Shown here in pieces: positions 15,288-24,000 of a DNA stretch of 24,000 nucleotides (its first letter is position 1; each line of letters opens with the position of its first letter). The notes below the pieces were generated by a model, which saw nothing but the letters and a program-made list of their open reading frames with translations, had not been told where the DNA came from and made no database searches. This DNA is from Rhodanobacteraceae bacterium (GTDB taxonomy: Bacteria; Pseudomonadota; Gammaproteobacteria; Xanthomonadales; Rhodanobacteraceae): NCBI GenBank assembly GCA_035547895.1, contig DASZTT010000170.1, forward strand, positions 5,411 through 29,410. Direction: 5' to 3'. The position numbers and the translations under genes are program-made.

Positions 15288-18200
15288 TCATTCGTGGAAC
15301 GGACGCACCACTTCGCCGTTGCCGGGCGTCGTCGTTTCGGTGCCGTCGGACTTGTCGCCCAGCAGGCGGCGCACCACGACGTAGAACACCGGCACCAGCA
15401 TCACGCCCAACACGGTCGCGCCGATCATGCCGCCGACCACACCGGTGCCGATCGCGTGACGGCTGTTGGCGCCGGCGCCGGTCGAGACCGCCAGCGGCAG
15501 CACGCCGAGGATGAAGGCGATCGAAGTCATCATGATCGGGCGCAGACGGATGCGACAGGCTTCCAGCGTCGCCGCCAGCAGGCCCTTGCCCTGCTTCTGT
15601 TCGTCCACCGCGAATTGCACGATCAGGATTGCGTTCTTCACCGACAGGCCGATGATCGCGATCAGGCCGATCTTGAAATACACGTCGTCCTGCAAGCCGC
15701 GGATGCTGGTGAGCAACACGGAACCCAGGATGCCGAGCGGGATCACCAGCATCACCGCGAACGGTATCGACCAGCTTTCATACAGCGCGCACAGGCACAG
15801 GAAGACCACCAGGATCGACAAGCCGAACAGCATCGGCGCCTGCGCGCCGGACATGATTTCCTGCAGCGACTGGCCGGACCATTCGTAGCCGAAACTCTGC
15901 GGCAGGTATTTCGCGACCAGCTCCTGCATCGCGGCGATGGCGTCGCCCGAGCTGTAGCCGGGGGCGGCGGTGCCGGTCAGCCCGATCGAACCGACGCCGT
16001 TGTATCGGTCGAGCTCAGGCGGCGCCAGCGACCATTTGGTGCTGACCACGCTGGTCAACGGCACCATCGTGCCGGTGGAGGAGCGGGAATAGAAGTTGCC
16101 GATGTCGGAGGGATTCATGCGGAACGGCGCGTCGGCCTGCATCTGCACGCGCAGCACGCGGCCGCCGTAATAGAAGTCGTTGACGAACACCGGCGACAGC
16201 ATCAACTGGATCGCGTTGTACACGTCGGAGACCGACAACCCCATCGATTGCGCCTCGACGCGATTGACCCGCATGTCCACGGTCGGCGCGTCTTCCATGC
16301 CGTTGATGTGCACGTTGGCGAGGCGCTTGTCCTTGGCGGCTTCCGCGATGATCTTGTCCTTGGCTTCGACCAGGGCCTTGTGGCCGAGGCCGCCGCGGTC
16401 CTCGAGTTCGAAGTCGAAGCCGGCGAACTGCCCCAGCCCGCGGATCACCGGCCGGTTGATCGCGAACACCTGGGCATCGCGGATCTTCGTGAACTGCTTG
16501 TTGAAGTCCTCGATGAGCTGGTTGGCCGTCTCGGAACGATCACTCCAGTCCTTCAGATGGATGAATACCATGCCGACGTTTTCGCCGTTGCCGATGAAAC
16601 TGAAACCGCCGATGTCGAAGATGTTGCGTACCGCCGGGCTCTTTTTCACGATCTGCTCGACCTGCTTCATCACCGCGAGGGTGCGGTCCGCGGTGGCGCC
16701 TGGCGGCAACTGGATCGTGGCAAACACTTCGCCCTGGTCTTCCTCGGGCACGAAGCTCGAAGGCAGGTGGGCCAGCAGCAGCACGGCGACGATGATCGCG
16801 AGCACGTAGCCCGCCATCCAGCGCGGCGTGTGCCGCACGGCCTTGCCGAGCCGCGACAGATAATGCCGCGCCAGGCTCTCATAGCCGTTGTTGAACGCGC
16901 GCAGGAAACGGTTGGCGTGCTCATGCTCGGGGCGCAGGATGCTGGCGCACAGGGCGGGCGTGAAGGTCAGCGCCATCAGCGCCGACAGCAGCATCGATAC
17001 CGCGATCGTCACCGAAAACTGGCGATAGATCGCGCCGACGCTGCCGGGCATCAACGCCGCCGGCACGAACACCGAAGCCAGCACGGTGGTCACCGCGATG
17101 ATCGCGCCGGTGATCTGGACCATGCCCTTGCGGGTGGCTTCCTTGGGCGGCAGGCCTTCCTCGCGCATGATGCGTTCGACGTTCTCGACCACCACGATCG
17201 CGTCATCCACCACGATGCCGATCGCGAGCACCAGGCCGAACAGGCTCAGCACGTTGATCGAAAACCCGAACAGGTAGAGCCCGAGGAACGCACCGGTCAG
17301 CGCGACTGGCACCACCAGCGTGGGGATCAGCGTGGCGCGCAGGTTCTGCAGGAACAGCAGCATCACGAAGAACACCAGCACGATCGCTTCGCCCAGCGTC
17401 TTCACCACCTCGTCGATCGAGACCTTGACGAAGGTGTAGCTTTCGAACGGAATGCTCCAGGTCACGCCGGGCGGCAGGTTCTTGGCGAGTTCCTGCATCT
17501 TCGCCTGCACCTCGTTGGCGACCGCCAGCGCGTTCGCGCCGGGCACCAGCGAGACGCTGAAGGAGGCGACCGGCTGCTCGTTGAGGCGCGAGAAGGTGTT
17601 GTAGTTGTCCGAACCCAGTGCGACGCGCGCGACGTCGCCGAGCGTCACCGTGGTGCCGTCGGGATTGGTACGCAGGATGATCTTCCTGAACTGCTCCGGC
17701 GTCGAAAAACTCGATTCGGCCGATACCGTCGCGGTGATGCCCTGGCCCGTGACGGATGGCTGCGCGCCCAGCGAGCCCGCCGCGAACATCACGTTCTGCG
17801 CCTGCACCGCGTTCAATACGTCGGTGGCCGTCAATCCGTAGCCTTCCAGCTTCAACGGATTCAGCCAGATGCGCATCGCATACGGCGCGCCGAACTGGTT
17901 GATGCTGCCGACGCCGTTGAGACGCGAGATCGGGTCGACCAGCTGCGCGGCGATGATGTTGCTGAGCGCGGCCGGATCGTAATGCCCGGTGTTGTCCTGC
18001 AGCGAAATCCCCATCAGGGAACCGGAGTTCGATTTGCGCACCGTGATGCCCAGCGCGTTCACCTCCGCCGGCAGCCGCGGTTCGGAGGCCGAGACCGCGT
18101 TCTGCGTCTGCACCGCCGCGGTATCCAGATCGGTGCCAGCCTTGAAATACAGCGTGACGTTGGCCGAACCGCTGGAATTGGATGACGACGTGAAATACAG

Positions 18201-18425
18201 CAGGTTGTCGATGCCCGACAGATTCTGCTCGATCACCTGCGTCACGGTGCTCTGCACGACCTGCGCGTTGGCGCCGGGATAGTTCGCGCGTATCTGCACG
18301 CTCGGCGGCGCGATTTCAGGGTAGGCCTCGATCGGCAGGTTGAGGATCGCGATGGTGCCGCCCAGCGTGATCAGGATCGCGAGCACCCACGCGAAAACCG
18401 GACGATCGATGAAAAATTGCGGCAT
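15288..18425 (-). CDS. RND (HAE1, AcrB/MexB-like) efflux permease, copy 1
   Basis: 1045 aa. The N-terminus MPQFFIDRPVFAWVLAILITLGG parallels AcrB MPNFFIDRPIFAWVIAII. Conserved TM4 region GLVLAIGIVVDDAIVVVENVER is present. The length and 12-TM/two-loop layout are typical of the family. Confidence 0.95.
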   Translation of the reverse strand: MPQFFIDRPVFAWVLAILITLGGTIAILNLPIEAYPEIAPPSVQIRANYPGANAQVVQSTVTQVIEQNLSGIDNLLYFTSSSNSSGSANVTLYFKAGTDLDTAAVQTQNAVSASEPRLPAEVNALGITVRKSNSGSLMGISLQDNTGHYDPAALSNIIAAQLVDPISRLNGVGSINQFGAPYAMRIWLNPLKLEGYGLTATDVLNAVQAQNVMFAAGSLGAQPSVTGQGITATVSAESSFSTPEQFRKIILRTNPDGTTVTLGDVARVALGSDNYNTFSRLNEQPVASFSVSLVPGANALAVANEVQAKMQELAKNLPPGVTWSIPFESYTFVKVSIDEVVKTLGEAIVLVFFVMLLFLQNLRATLIPTLVVPVALTGAFLGLYLFGFSINVLSLFGLVLAIGIVVDDAIVVVENVERIMREEGLPPKEATRKGMVQITGAIIAVTTVLASVFVPAALMPGSVGAIYRQFSVTIAVSMLLSALMALTFTPALCASILRPEHEHANRFLRAFNNGYESLARHYLSRLGKAVRHTPRWMAGYVLAIIVAVLLLAHLPSSFVPEEDQGEVFATIQLPPGATADRTLAVMKQVEQIVKKSPAVRNIFDIGGFSFIGNGENVGMVFIHLKDWSDRSETANQLIEDFNKQFTKIRDAQVFAINRPVIRGLGQFAGFDFELEDRGGLGHKALVEAKDKIIAEAAKDKRLANVHINGMEDAPTVDMRVNRVEAQSMGLSVSDVYNAIQLMLSPVFVNDFYYGGRVLRVQMQADAPFRMNPSDIGNFYSRSSTGTMVPLTSVVSTKWSLAPPELDRYNGVGSIGLTGTAAPGYSSGDAIAAMQELVAKYLPQSFGYEWSGQSLQEIMSGAQAPMLFGLSILVVFLCLCALYESWSIPFAVMLVIPLGILGSVLLTSIRGLQDDVYFKIGLIAIIGLSVKNAILIVQFAVDEQKQGKGLLAATLEACRIRLRPIMMTSIAFILGVLPLAVSTGAGANSRHAIGTGVVGGMIGATVLGVMLVPVFYVVVRRLLGDKSDGTETTTPGNGEVVRPFHE

Positions 18426-18434
18426 GGCAGAGGA

Positions 18435-19595
18435 CTACTTCGCGGTGGTGGCGGCCGTCGCGCCATCGCCGGAGCTGCGGAAAGGCTCGGGTTTCACCCG
18501 TTCGCCCGCCTGCGCCTTCTGCACGCCGGAAACGACCACCCTGGCGCCTGCGTCGAGGCCGCGCTGCACGATCCAGTCCGCGCCGCGCTGCTCGCCGAGA
18601 TCGACGCGCTTCTCGACGACCTTGTCGTCCGCGCCCACCTCGTAGACGTACGCGCCGTCGTTGTCGCGCAGGATCGCGCCCTGCGGCAGCAGGAACGCGC
18701 CGTGCAGCGTGGCGAGCGCCAGCCGGATCTTCACGAACATGCCGGGCAGCAGCGTGTGGTCGGGGTTCGGCACGATCGCGCGCAAGTTCACCGCGCCGGT
18801 CGAAGGATCGACCGCGAGGTCGGCGAAGTCGAGCGTTCCCGCGACGGGATACGTGCTGCCGTCCGGAAGTTCGATCTTCACGCGCACCTTGTCGGGCGCG
18901 GCCAGTTCCAGGGTCCCGGCCTTTTCCGCCTTGCGCAGCTGCTCGACTTCCGCCATCGGCTCGCTGAAATTCGCATAGATCGGGTCGATCACCTGCACGG
19001 TGGTCAACGGGTTGGTATCGGTGGGCGAGACCAGCGCGCCCTGGGTGACGCTCGCCATGCCGGCGCGGCCGCTAATCGGCGCGGTCACCGTGGCGTAGCC
19101 GAGATTGATTTTCGCGTTCTCGACGTTCGCCTGCGCGGCCTTCACCGCGGCGTCGGCTTCCGCGGCGGCGGCGATGGCGTTGTCGACGTCCTGCTTCGCC
19201 AGCACGCCTTTCGCGCCCAGCTCCTTGCTGCGCGTCGCGTTAAGGTCGGCATTGTGCGCGGTGGCTTGCGCCTGCGCGAGCTGTCCCTGCGCCTGCCGCA
19301 GGCTTGCCTGCAGCGGAGCCGGATCGATCTTGAACAGCACGTCGCCAGCCTTGACGTCGGTGCCTTCCTTGTAGACGCGTTGCAGCACGATGCCCGTCAC
19401 CCGCGCACGCACTTGCGCAGTGAGGGTGGCGGCGAGGCGGCCGGGGTAGCTGCGCGTCACCGGCAGGTTGACCGGCGTTGCCGTGACGACGCCCACCTCC
19501 GGTGTGGTTTGCGCGGGCGGGGCCGAATGGCTGCACGCTCCGATTGTCAATGCCAACAATACCGCGCCGGCGCAGCGCAGTGGCGAAATGGCCAT
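18435..19595 (-). CDS. RND efflux periplasmic adaptor (MFP, AcrA/MexA-like) lipoprotein, copy 1
   Basis: 386 aa. A lipobox is present: MAISPLRCAGAVLLALTIGAC|SHS. Matching blocks are VRARVTGIVLQRVYKEGTDVKAGDVLFKIDP (lipoyl-like), an Ala/Gln-rich coiled-coil hairpin, and INLGYATVTAPISGRAG. It ends 9 nt before the RND copy 1 start. Confidence 0.9.
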   Translation of the reverse strand: MAISPLRCAGAVLLALTIGACSHSAPPAQTTPEVGVVTATPVNLPVTRSYPGRLAATLTAQVRARVTGIVLQRVYKEGTDVKAGDVLFKIDPAPLQASLRQAQGQLAQAQATAHNADLNATRSKELGAKGVLAKQDVDNAIAAAAEADAAVKAAQANVENAKINLGYATVTAPISGRAGMASVTQGALVSPTDTNPLTTVQVIDPIYANFSEPMAEVEQLRKAEKAGTLELAAPDKVRVKIELPDGSTYPVAGTLDFADLAVDPSTGAVNLRAIVPNPDHTLLPGMFVKIRLALATLHGAFLLPQGAILRDNDGAYVYEVGADDKVVEKRVDLGEQRGADWIVQRGLDAGARVVVSGVQKAQAGERVKPEPFRSSGDGATAATTAK

Positions 19596-19659
19596 CCAGA
19601 ATTCTTTTTGTCAACGAAAGACGCGCATTATGACGCGAGTCGATGTCCGCGCGCCTAGG

Positions 19660-22600
19660 TCATGCGTCATGCCCGGGCGAGGTATTCGAATCCCCGTCCA
19701 GCTTGTCGCCGGCCAGGCGCCGCACGACGATGTAGAACACCGGGATCAGGAGCAGGCCGAAGAGCGTCGCGAACAACATTCCCCCGATCACGCCGGTGCC
19801 GATGGCATGCCGTGCGTTGGCGCCCGCACCGGTCGAGATGAAGAGCGGGAACACGCCGAGGATGAAGGCGAACGAGGTCATCAGGATCGGGCGGAAGCGC
19901 AGCCGGGCGGCTTCGAGTACCGCGTTCCGCAGGGTTTTTCCTTCCTTCTGCGCGGCCACCGCGAACTCGATGATCAGGATCGCGTTCTTGGCGGCGAGGC
20001 CTATCACCGTCACCAGCCCGATCTTGAAGAACACGTCGTCGGCGAGCCCGCGCGCCATCGTGAACAACACGGTGCCGAGCAGGGTGAGCGGCACGATCAG
20101 CAGAACGGCGATCGGCACCGACCAGCTTTCGTACAGCGCGGCGAGCGCCAGGAATACCACCAGGATCGACAGTGCCATCAGCATCCCGGCGCCGCTGCTC
20201 GATTCCACTTCCTGGAAGGATTCCCCGGCCCAGTCGTAATTGAAGCCGTGCGGCAAGTCGCGGGTGACGATGTTCTGGATGGCGTCCATCGCCTGGCCGG
20301 AAGCGTAGCCGGGCGCGGCATCGCCCACGACTTCGATGGCGGGGTTGCCGTTGAATCGGGTCAGCGAAGGCGAAACCAATTTCCACTTGGTCCGGATGAC
20401 GTTGGAGATCGGGATCATCGCCGGCGTGCCGTCGGGATTCTTCTCGGTGCTGCTGGGCGTGTAGAAGTCGTTGAACGCGGACTGGCTCATCCTGAAAGGC
20501 GCAGCGGCCTGCATCATCACGAACTTGACCCGGCCTTCCGCGAACATCTGGCCGATGTTGGTGGGCGCCAGCATCAGGCTTGCGGCATTGGCGACGTCGG
20601 TGACCGACAGTCCCATCGACGCTGCCTGCACGCGATCGATCGTGAAATCGAGCTGCGGCGCCGGCGGCAGTTGGTTGGCCCGGGTGTTGACCAGCACCTT
20701 GTCCTGCGCGGCCTTGGACAAGGTGGTTTGCAGCGCCTGGTCGAGGGCCGGACGCCCGAGGCCGCCGACGTCCTCGAGGTACATGTCGAAGCCGCCGAAC
20801 TGACCGAGCCCGTGCACGGTGGGCAGGTTGACCACGACGATCGCCGCGTCGCGGATGTCCTTCTTCAGTTCTGCGTTGAGGCGTGGAATCAACTCTTCGG
20901 CGGTGTATTTGCGGTCGCCCCAGTCCTTCAACTTGATGAAGGCCATCCCGTTGTTTTCGCCCGAGCCGACGAAACTGAAACCGACGATCTGCATGGCGCC
21001 ATCGATGGCTGGATCCTTCCTCAGCACGTCCCACATCTGGCGCATCACGACCTCGCTGCGTTGCTTGGTCGCACCCGGCGGGAGCTGCACGGTTGCCATC
21101 AGGTAGCCCTGGTCCTCCTGCGGCAGGAAGCTGCCGGGCAACTTCGTGTACAGGAACCCGGCCAGCACGGCGACCAGCACGAACACGGCCATCCAGCGCG
21201 GCGCGTGGCGCACGGCATGGGCGATGTGGCCGAGGTAGGTGCGGTGCGTCCAGCCGAACAGGTCGTTGAACTTGCGGTACAGGATGTTTTTCCTGTTTTC
21301 ATGTTCGGGCTTCAGGAAACTGGCGCATAACGCGGGCGTGAAAGTGAGCGCGAGGAATGCCGAGAAAAACATCGACACCGCGATCGTCAGCGCGAACTGG
21401 CGGTAGATGATGCCCGTCGCGCCCGACTGCAACGCGGACGGGACGAATACCGCCAGCAGCACGGCCGTGATGGCCACCACCGCGCCGGATATCTCGCCCA
21501 TGCCCTTGCGCGCGGCTTCCTTGGGCGACAGCCCTTCCTCGGTCATGATGCGTTCGATGTTTTCGATCACCACGATCGCGTCGTCGACCACGATGCCGAT
21601 GGCCATGACCATGCCGAAAAGGGTGAGCTGGTTGATCGTGAAACCCATGATCGCCATGCCCATGAAGGCACCGAGCAACGCGATCGGAATCACCACCGCC
21701 GGGATCAGGGTGGCCCGGAAGTTCTGCAGGAAGATCAGCATCACCGCGAACACCAGTACCAGCGCCTCGACCAGTGTCCTCAGCACGTCCTGGATCGAGA
21801 TCGTGATGAACGTGGTGGTGTCGTAGGGAACGAACCAGCTCACACCTTGCGGGAACCCGACCTGCAGTTTCGCCATCTCCGCGCGTACCGCCTTGGCGAC
21901 GGTCAGCCCGTTCGCGCCCGGCAGCGTCTGGATCGCGAACGCGCCAATGGGCTTGCCGTCGAAGGTGGTATCGAAGCCGTATCCCTGGGGGCCGAAATTC
22001 GCGGTCGCGACGTCGCCGAGCTTGACGACCGTGCCGTCGGGGTTGGCACGCAGGATGATGTTGAGGAACTGCTGCGGCGTGGAGAACAAGCCTTCGCCGG
22101 CCACGTTCGCGGTGAATCCCCAGCCATTGACCGCCGGGTCCGCGCCGAGCGTGCCTGCGGCAATCTGGATGTTCTGCGCGGACACCGCGTTGAGGATGTC
22201 GGTCGCAGACAGGCCGTAGCCATGCATCTTCGCCGGATTGAGCCAGATGCGCATCGCGTATTCGGCGCCGAACTGGCGGGTCGTGCCGACGCCCTCGATG
22301 CGCGATATCGGGTTCAGGACTTGCGAAGCCACGATGTCGTTCAGGCGGTCGCGGTCGATCGCGGGGTTGTTGGAGATCAGGGCCACCGCCATCAAGGTGT
22401 CCGGATTGGCCTTGGCCACGATGATGCCCTGTTGCAGGACCGCCTGCGGCAGGCGTGCCTCCGCGCGCGTCACCTGATTCTGCGTTTGCACCGCCGCGAT
22501 GTCGGGGTTGGTGCCCGGCTGGAAGGTCAGCGTGATCTGCACGCGGCCGCTGGCACTCGTGCTGGAGCTGAAATACATCAGGTTGTCGATGCCGGTCAGT

Positions 22601-22803
22601 TGCTGCTCGATCACTTCGGTGACCGAACCTTCGGCCGTGTCGGCGCTGGCTCCGGGATAGCTGGCAGTGATCGAGACCTGTGGCGGCGCGATGTCGGGAT
22701 ACGACTGCACGCCCAGGCCCAAGATCGAAATCACGCCGCCCAGCGTGATCAGGATCGCTATGACCCATGCAAAGATGGGCCGATCGATGAAGAAATTCGA
22801 CAT
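19660..22803 (-). CDS. RND (HAE1, AcrB/MexB-like) efflux permease, copy 2
   Basis: 1047 aa. The N-terminus is MSNFFIDRPIFAWVIAILITLGG, and the TM4 region is GMVMAIGIVVDDAIVVIENIER. In my hand alignment 51 of the first 78 residues are identical to copy 1. Confidence 0.95.
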   Translation of the reverse strand: MSNFFIDRPIFAWVIAILITLGGVISILGLGVQSYPDIAPPQVSITASYPGASADTAEGSVTEVIEQQLTGIDNLMYFSSSTSASGRVQITLTFQPGTNPDIAAVQTQNQVTRAEARLPQAVLQQGIIVAKANPDTLMAVALISNNPAIDRDRLNDIVASQVLNPISRIEGVGTTRQFGAEYAMRIWLNPAKMHGYGLSATDILNAVSAQNIQIAAGTLGADPAVNGWGFTANVAGEGLFSTPQQFLNIILRANPDGTVVKLGDVATANFGPQGYGFDTTFDGKPIGAFAIQTLPGANGLTVAKAVRAEMAKLQVGFPQGVSWFVPYDTTTFITISIQDVLRTLVEALVLVFAVMLIFLQNFRATLIPAVVIPIALLGAFMGMAIMGFTINQLTLFGMVMAIGIVVDDAIVVIENIERIMTEEGLSPKEAARKGMGEISGAVVAITAVLLAVFVPSALQSGATGIIYRQFALTIAVSMFFSAFLALTFTPALCASFLKPEHENRKNILYRKFNDLFGWTHRTYLGHIAHAVRHAPRWMAVFVLVAVLAGFLYTKLPGSFLPQEDQGYLMATVQLPPGATKQRSEVVMRQMWDVLRKDPAIDGAMQIVGFSFVGSGENNGMAFIKLKDWGDRKYTAEELIPRLNAELKKDIRDAAIVVVNLPTVHGLGQFGGFDMYLEDVGGLGRPALDQALQTTLSKAAQDKVLVNTRANQLPPAPQLDFTIDRVQAASMGLSVTDVANAASLMLAPTNIGQMFAEGRVKFVMMQAAAPFRMSQSAFNDFYTPSSTEKNPDGTPAMIPISNVIRTKWKLVSPSLTRFNGNPAIEVVGDAAPGYASGQAMDAIQNIVTRDLPHGFNYDWAGESFQEVESSSGAGMLMALSILVVFLALAALYESWSVPIAVLLIVPLTLLGTVLFTMARGLADDVFFKIGLVTVIGLAAKNAILIIEFAVAAQKEGKTLRNAVLEAARLRFRPILMTSFAFILGVFPLFISTGAGANARHAIGTGVIGGMLFATLFGLLLIPVFYIVVRRLAGDKLDGDSNTSPGHDA

Positions 22804-22815
22804 GCCTGGACCCGC

Positions 22816-24000
22816 TTATTCGCCGTCGGTGGTTTGGGCGGCAGCAGGTGCGGGGCCCGTCGAGGTGCCCGATGCCGGTGGTTGCCAGGGCGTCGCCTTG
22901 GCGGGCGCGCCGACTTGCACCATCTGGATGCCGGACACGATCACCCGGTCGCCGGCCGCGAGTCCCGAGGTGACGATCCAGTCGAGTCCGGCCGTGCCGC
23001 TGGTGGTTATGTCGCGATGTGCAACCTTGCCATCCTTGCCCACGATCAGCACGAAATTGCCGTTGATGTCGCGTTGCACGGCGGCCTGCGGGATCAGGAA
23101 TGCGCCGTGGCGTTGGCCCATGTCGACCTTGAGCGTGACGTAGCTGCCGGGGAGCAACGCGTGTTGCGGGTTGGGCAGCAGCGCGCGCATGTTCACGGCG
23201 CCGGTGGACGGATTGACGTTGACCGATGAAAAGTCCAGCGTGCCAGGTTCGGGGTACGGCGTGCCATTGGGCAGCGCGACCTTGACGGTGGCCTTGTCGA
23301 GGGCGGACAGGTTGACTCCTCCCTTCTGTTGCAACTGCCGCAGCTCGTCCAGTTCTCCGATGCTCATCGTGAAGTTCACGTACAACGGGTCGATCTGGTC
23401 GACCGTGGTCAGCAACGTGTCGGTGCCCTGGCCCACCAGTGCGCCCTCGGTGACCTGCTGCTCGCCCGCGCGTCCGTCGATGGGTGTGGTGACGCTTGCA
23501 TAACCGAGATTGATTCGCGCCGTTTCCACGTTCGCCTGGGCGGCCTGCACCGCGGCCCTGGCCGTGCGCTCCGCGGCCAGCGCGTTGTCGAGGTCGGTTT
23601 TCGAGATGTAGCCCTTGGGTGCCAGTTCACGTGAGCGCTCGGCATTGACGTGGTCATTGGCGTACGTTGCCCGGGCCTGGGCCAGGCCGGCCAGTGCGTT
23701 GTCCAGTGCCGCCTTGTAAGGCGCGGGATCGATCTCGAACAACACTTGTCCGGCCCTGACCTCGCTGCCCTCCTTGTACGTGCGCTTGAGCAACACTCCC
23801 GCGACGCGGGCATTGATGTCCGCGCTGCGGAAAGCGGTAAGGCGGCCCACGAAATTCTTCGTCAGCGGCACGTCCAGGGGCGTCGCGGTGACGGTTCCTA
23901 CTTCCGGCGTGGATGCTGCGGGAGGGGTGGAATGGCTGCACGCGCCCAGAACGAGTGCCAGGGCAAGGCTGCCGCCGGCCACACACAAACTACGCGTCAT
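22816..24000 (-). CDS. RND efflux periplasmic adaptor (MFP) lipoprotein, copy 2
   Basis: 394 aa. Its ATG occupies the last three bases of the window (24000-23998). A lipobox is present: MTRSLCVAGGSLALALVLGAC|SHS. It is collinear with MFP copy 1 (INARVAGVLLKRTYKEGSEVRAGQVLFEIDP, INLGYASVTTPIDGRAG). Its stop lies 12 nt before the RND copy 2 start. Confidence 0.9.
   Translation of the reverse strand: MTRSLCVAGGSLALALVLGACSHSTPPAASTPEVGTVTATPLDVPLTKNFVGRLTAFRSADINARVAGVLLKRTYKEGSEVRAGQVLFEIDPAPYKAALDNALAGLAQARATYANDHVNAERSRELAPKGYISKTDLDNALAAERTARAAVQAAQANVETARINLGYASVTTPIDGRAGEQQVTEGALVGQGTDTLLTTVDQIDPLYVNFTMSIGELDELRQLQQKGGVNLSALDKATVKVALPNGTPYPEPGTLDFSSVNVNPSTGAVNMRALLPNPQHALLPGSYVTLKVDMGQRHGAFLIPQAAVQRDINGNFVLIVGKDGKVAHRDITTSGTAGLDWIVTSGLAAGDRVIVSGIQMVQVGAPAKATPWQPPASGTSTGPAPAAAQTTDGE

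Noticed and set aside
15249-18185. 978-aa ORF on the plus strand spanning most of RND copy 1. Similar antisense ORFs occur at 19468-21330, 21847-23229 and 18417-19658.
   Set aside because: These lie antisense to genes with unmistakable AcrB/AcrA-family sequence. Their translations are low-complexity and rich in R/H/D/G/A, with no motifs. Long stop-free antisense frames are expected in high-GC DNA.
19596-19659. Perfect TTGACA hexamer (minus strand, complement of 19611-19616) and a CATAAT motif in the RND2-MFP1 gap, considered as an internal promoter.
   Set aside because: TTGACA lies only 15 nt from the MFP1 ATG, so the matching -10 would fall inside the coding sequence. CATAAT has no acceptable -35 at 16-18 nt. 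The evidence is insufficient for a feature call, and the question is left to experiment.
1-24000. Looked for tRNA/rRNA genes, CRISPR repeats, transposase/integrase genes, toxin-antitoxin pairs and known defence-system hallmarks (nucleases, ATPases, methyltransferases).
   Set aside because: I found none by reading the intergenic regions and all track ORFs. Every ORF of 200 aa or more that is not antisense noise is accounted for by the annotated genes.

Overview
High-GC bacterial chromosomal window. Gene content and order look gammaproteobacterial, Xanthomonadales-like; that assignment is an inference, not a database result. Most of it is core housekeeping. On the minus strand at the left sits a putrescine-from-agmatine operon (aguA-aguB) translationally coupled to a TraB/GumN-family membrane protein. 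Next come a small secreted protein, a stand-alone non-zinc (YkgO-type) ribosomal protein L36, and a divergent transketolase. The centre holds the conserved ypjD / ffh-rpsP-rimM-trmD-rplS neighbourhood. The right 8.7 kb holds two paralogous MFP-RND efflux pairs in direct tandem on the minus strand, ending exactly at the window edge. No outer-membrane factor or regulator gene is visible for them. Accessory-looking content is limited to four items: (i) a single-gene island of lower GC and atypical codon usage encoding a Cys-containing secreted protein; (ii) a 674-aa secreted trypsin-fold protease with a ~400-aa C-terminal region I cannot assign; (iii) an ArsR/SdpR-like repressor plus SdpI-like membrane protein wedged between ypjD and ffh, preceded by a perfect AT-rich palindrome; (iv) a few small repeated or structured intergenic elements. 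I found no tRNA/rRNA genes, CRISPR arrays, transposases, integrases or recognisable defence or toxin genes. I do not see convincing evidence of a novel multi-gene system, so the findings carry modest interest scores. The many long ORFs antisense to the real genes are typical high-GC artefacts.
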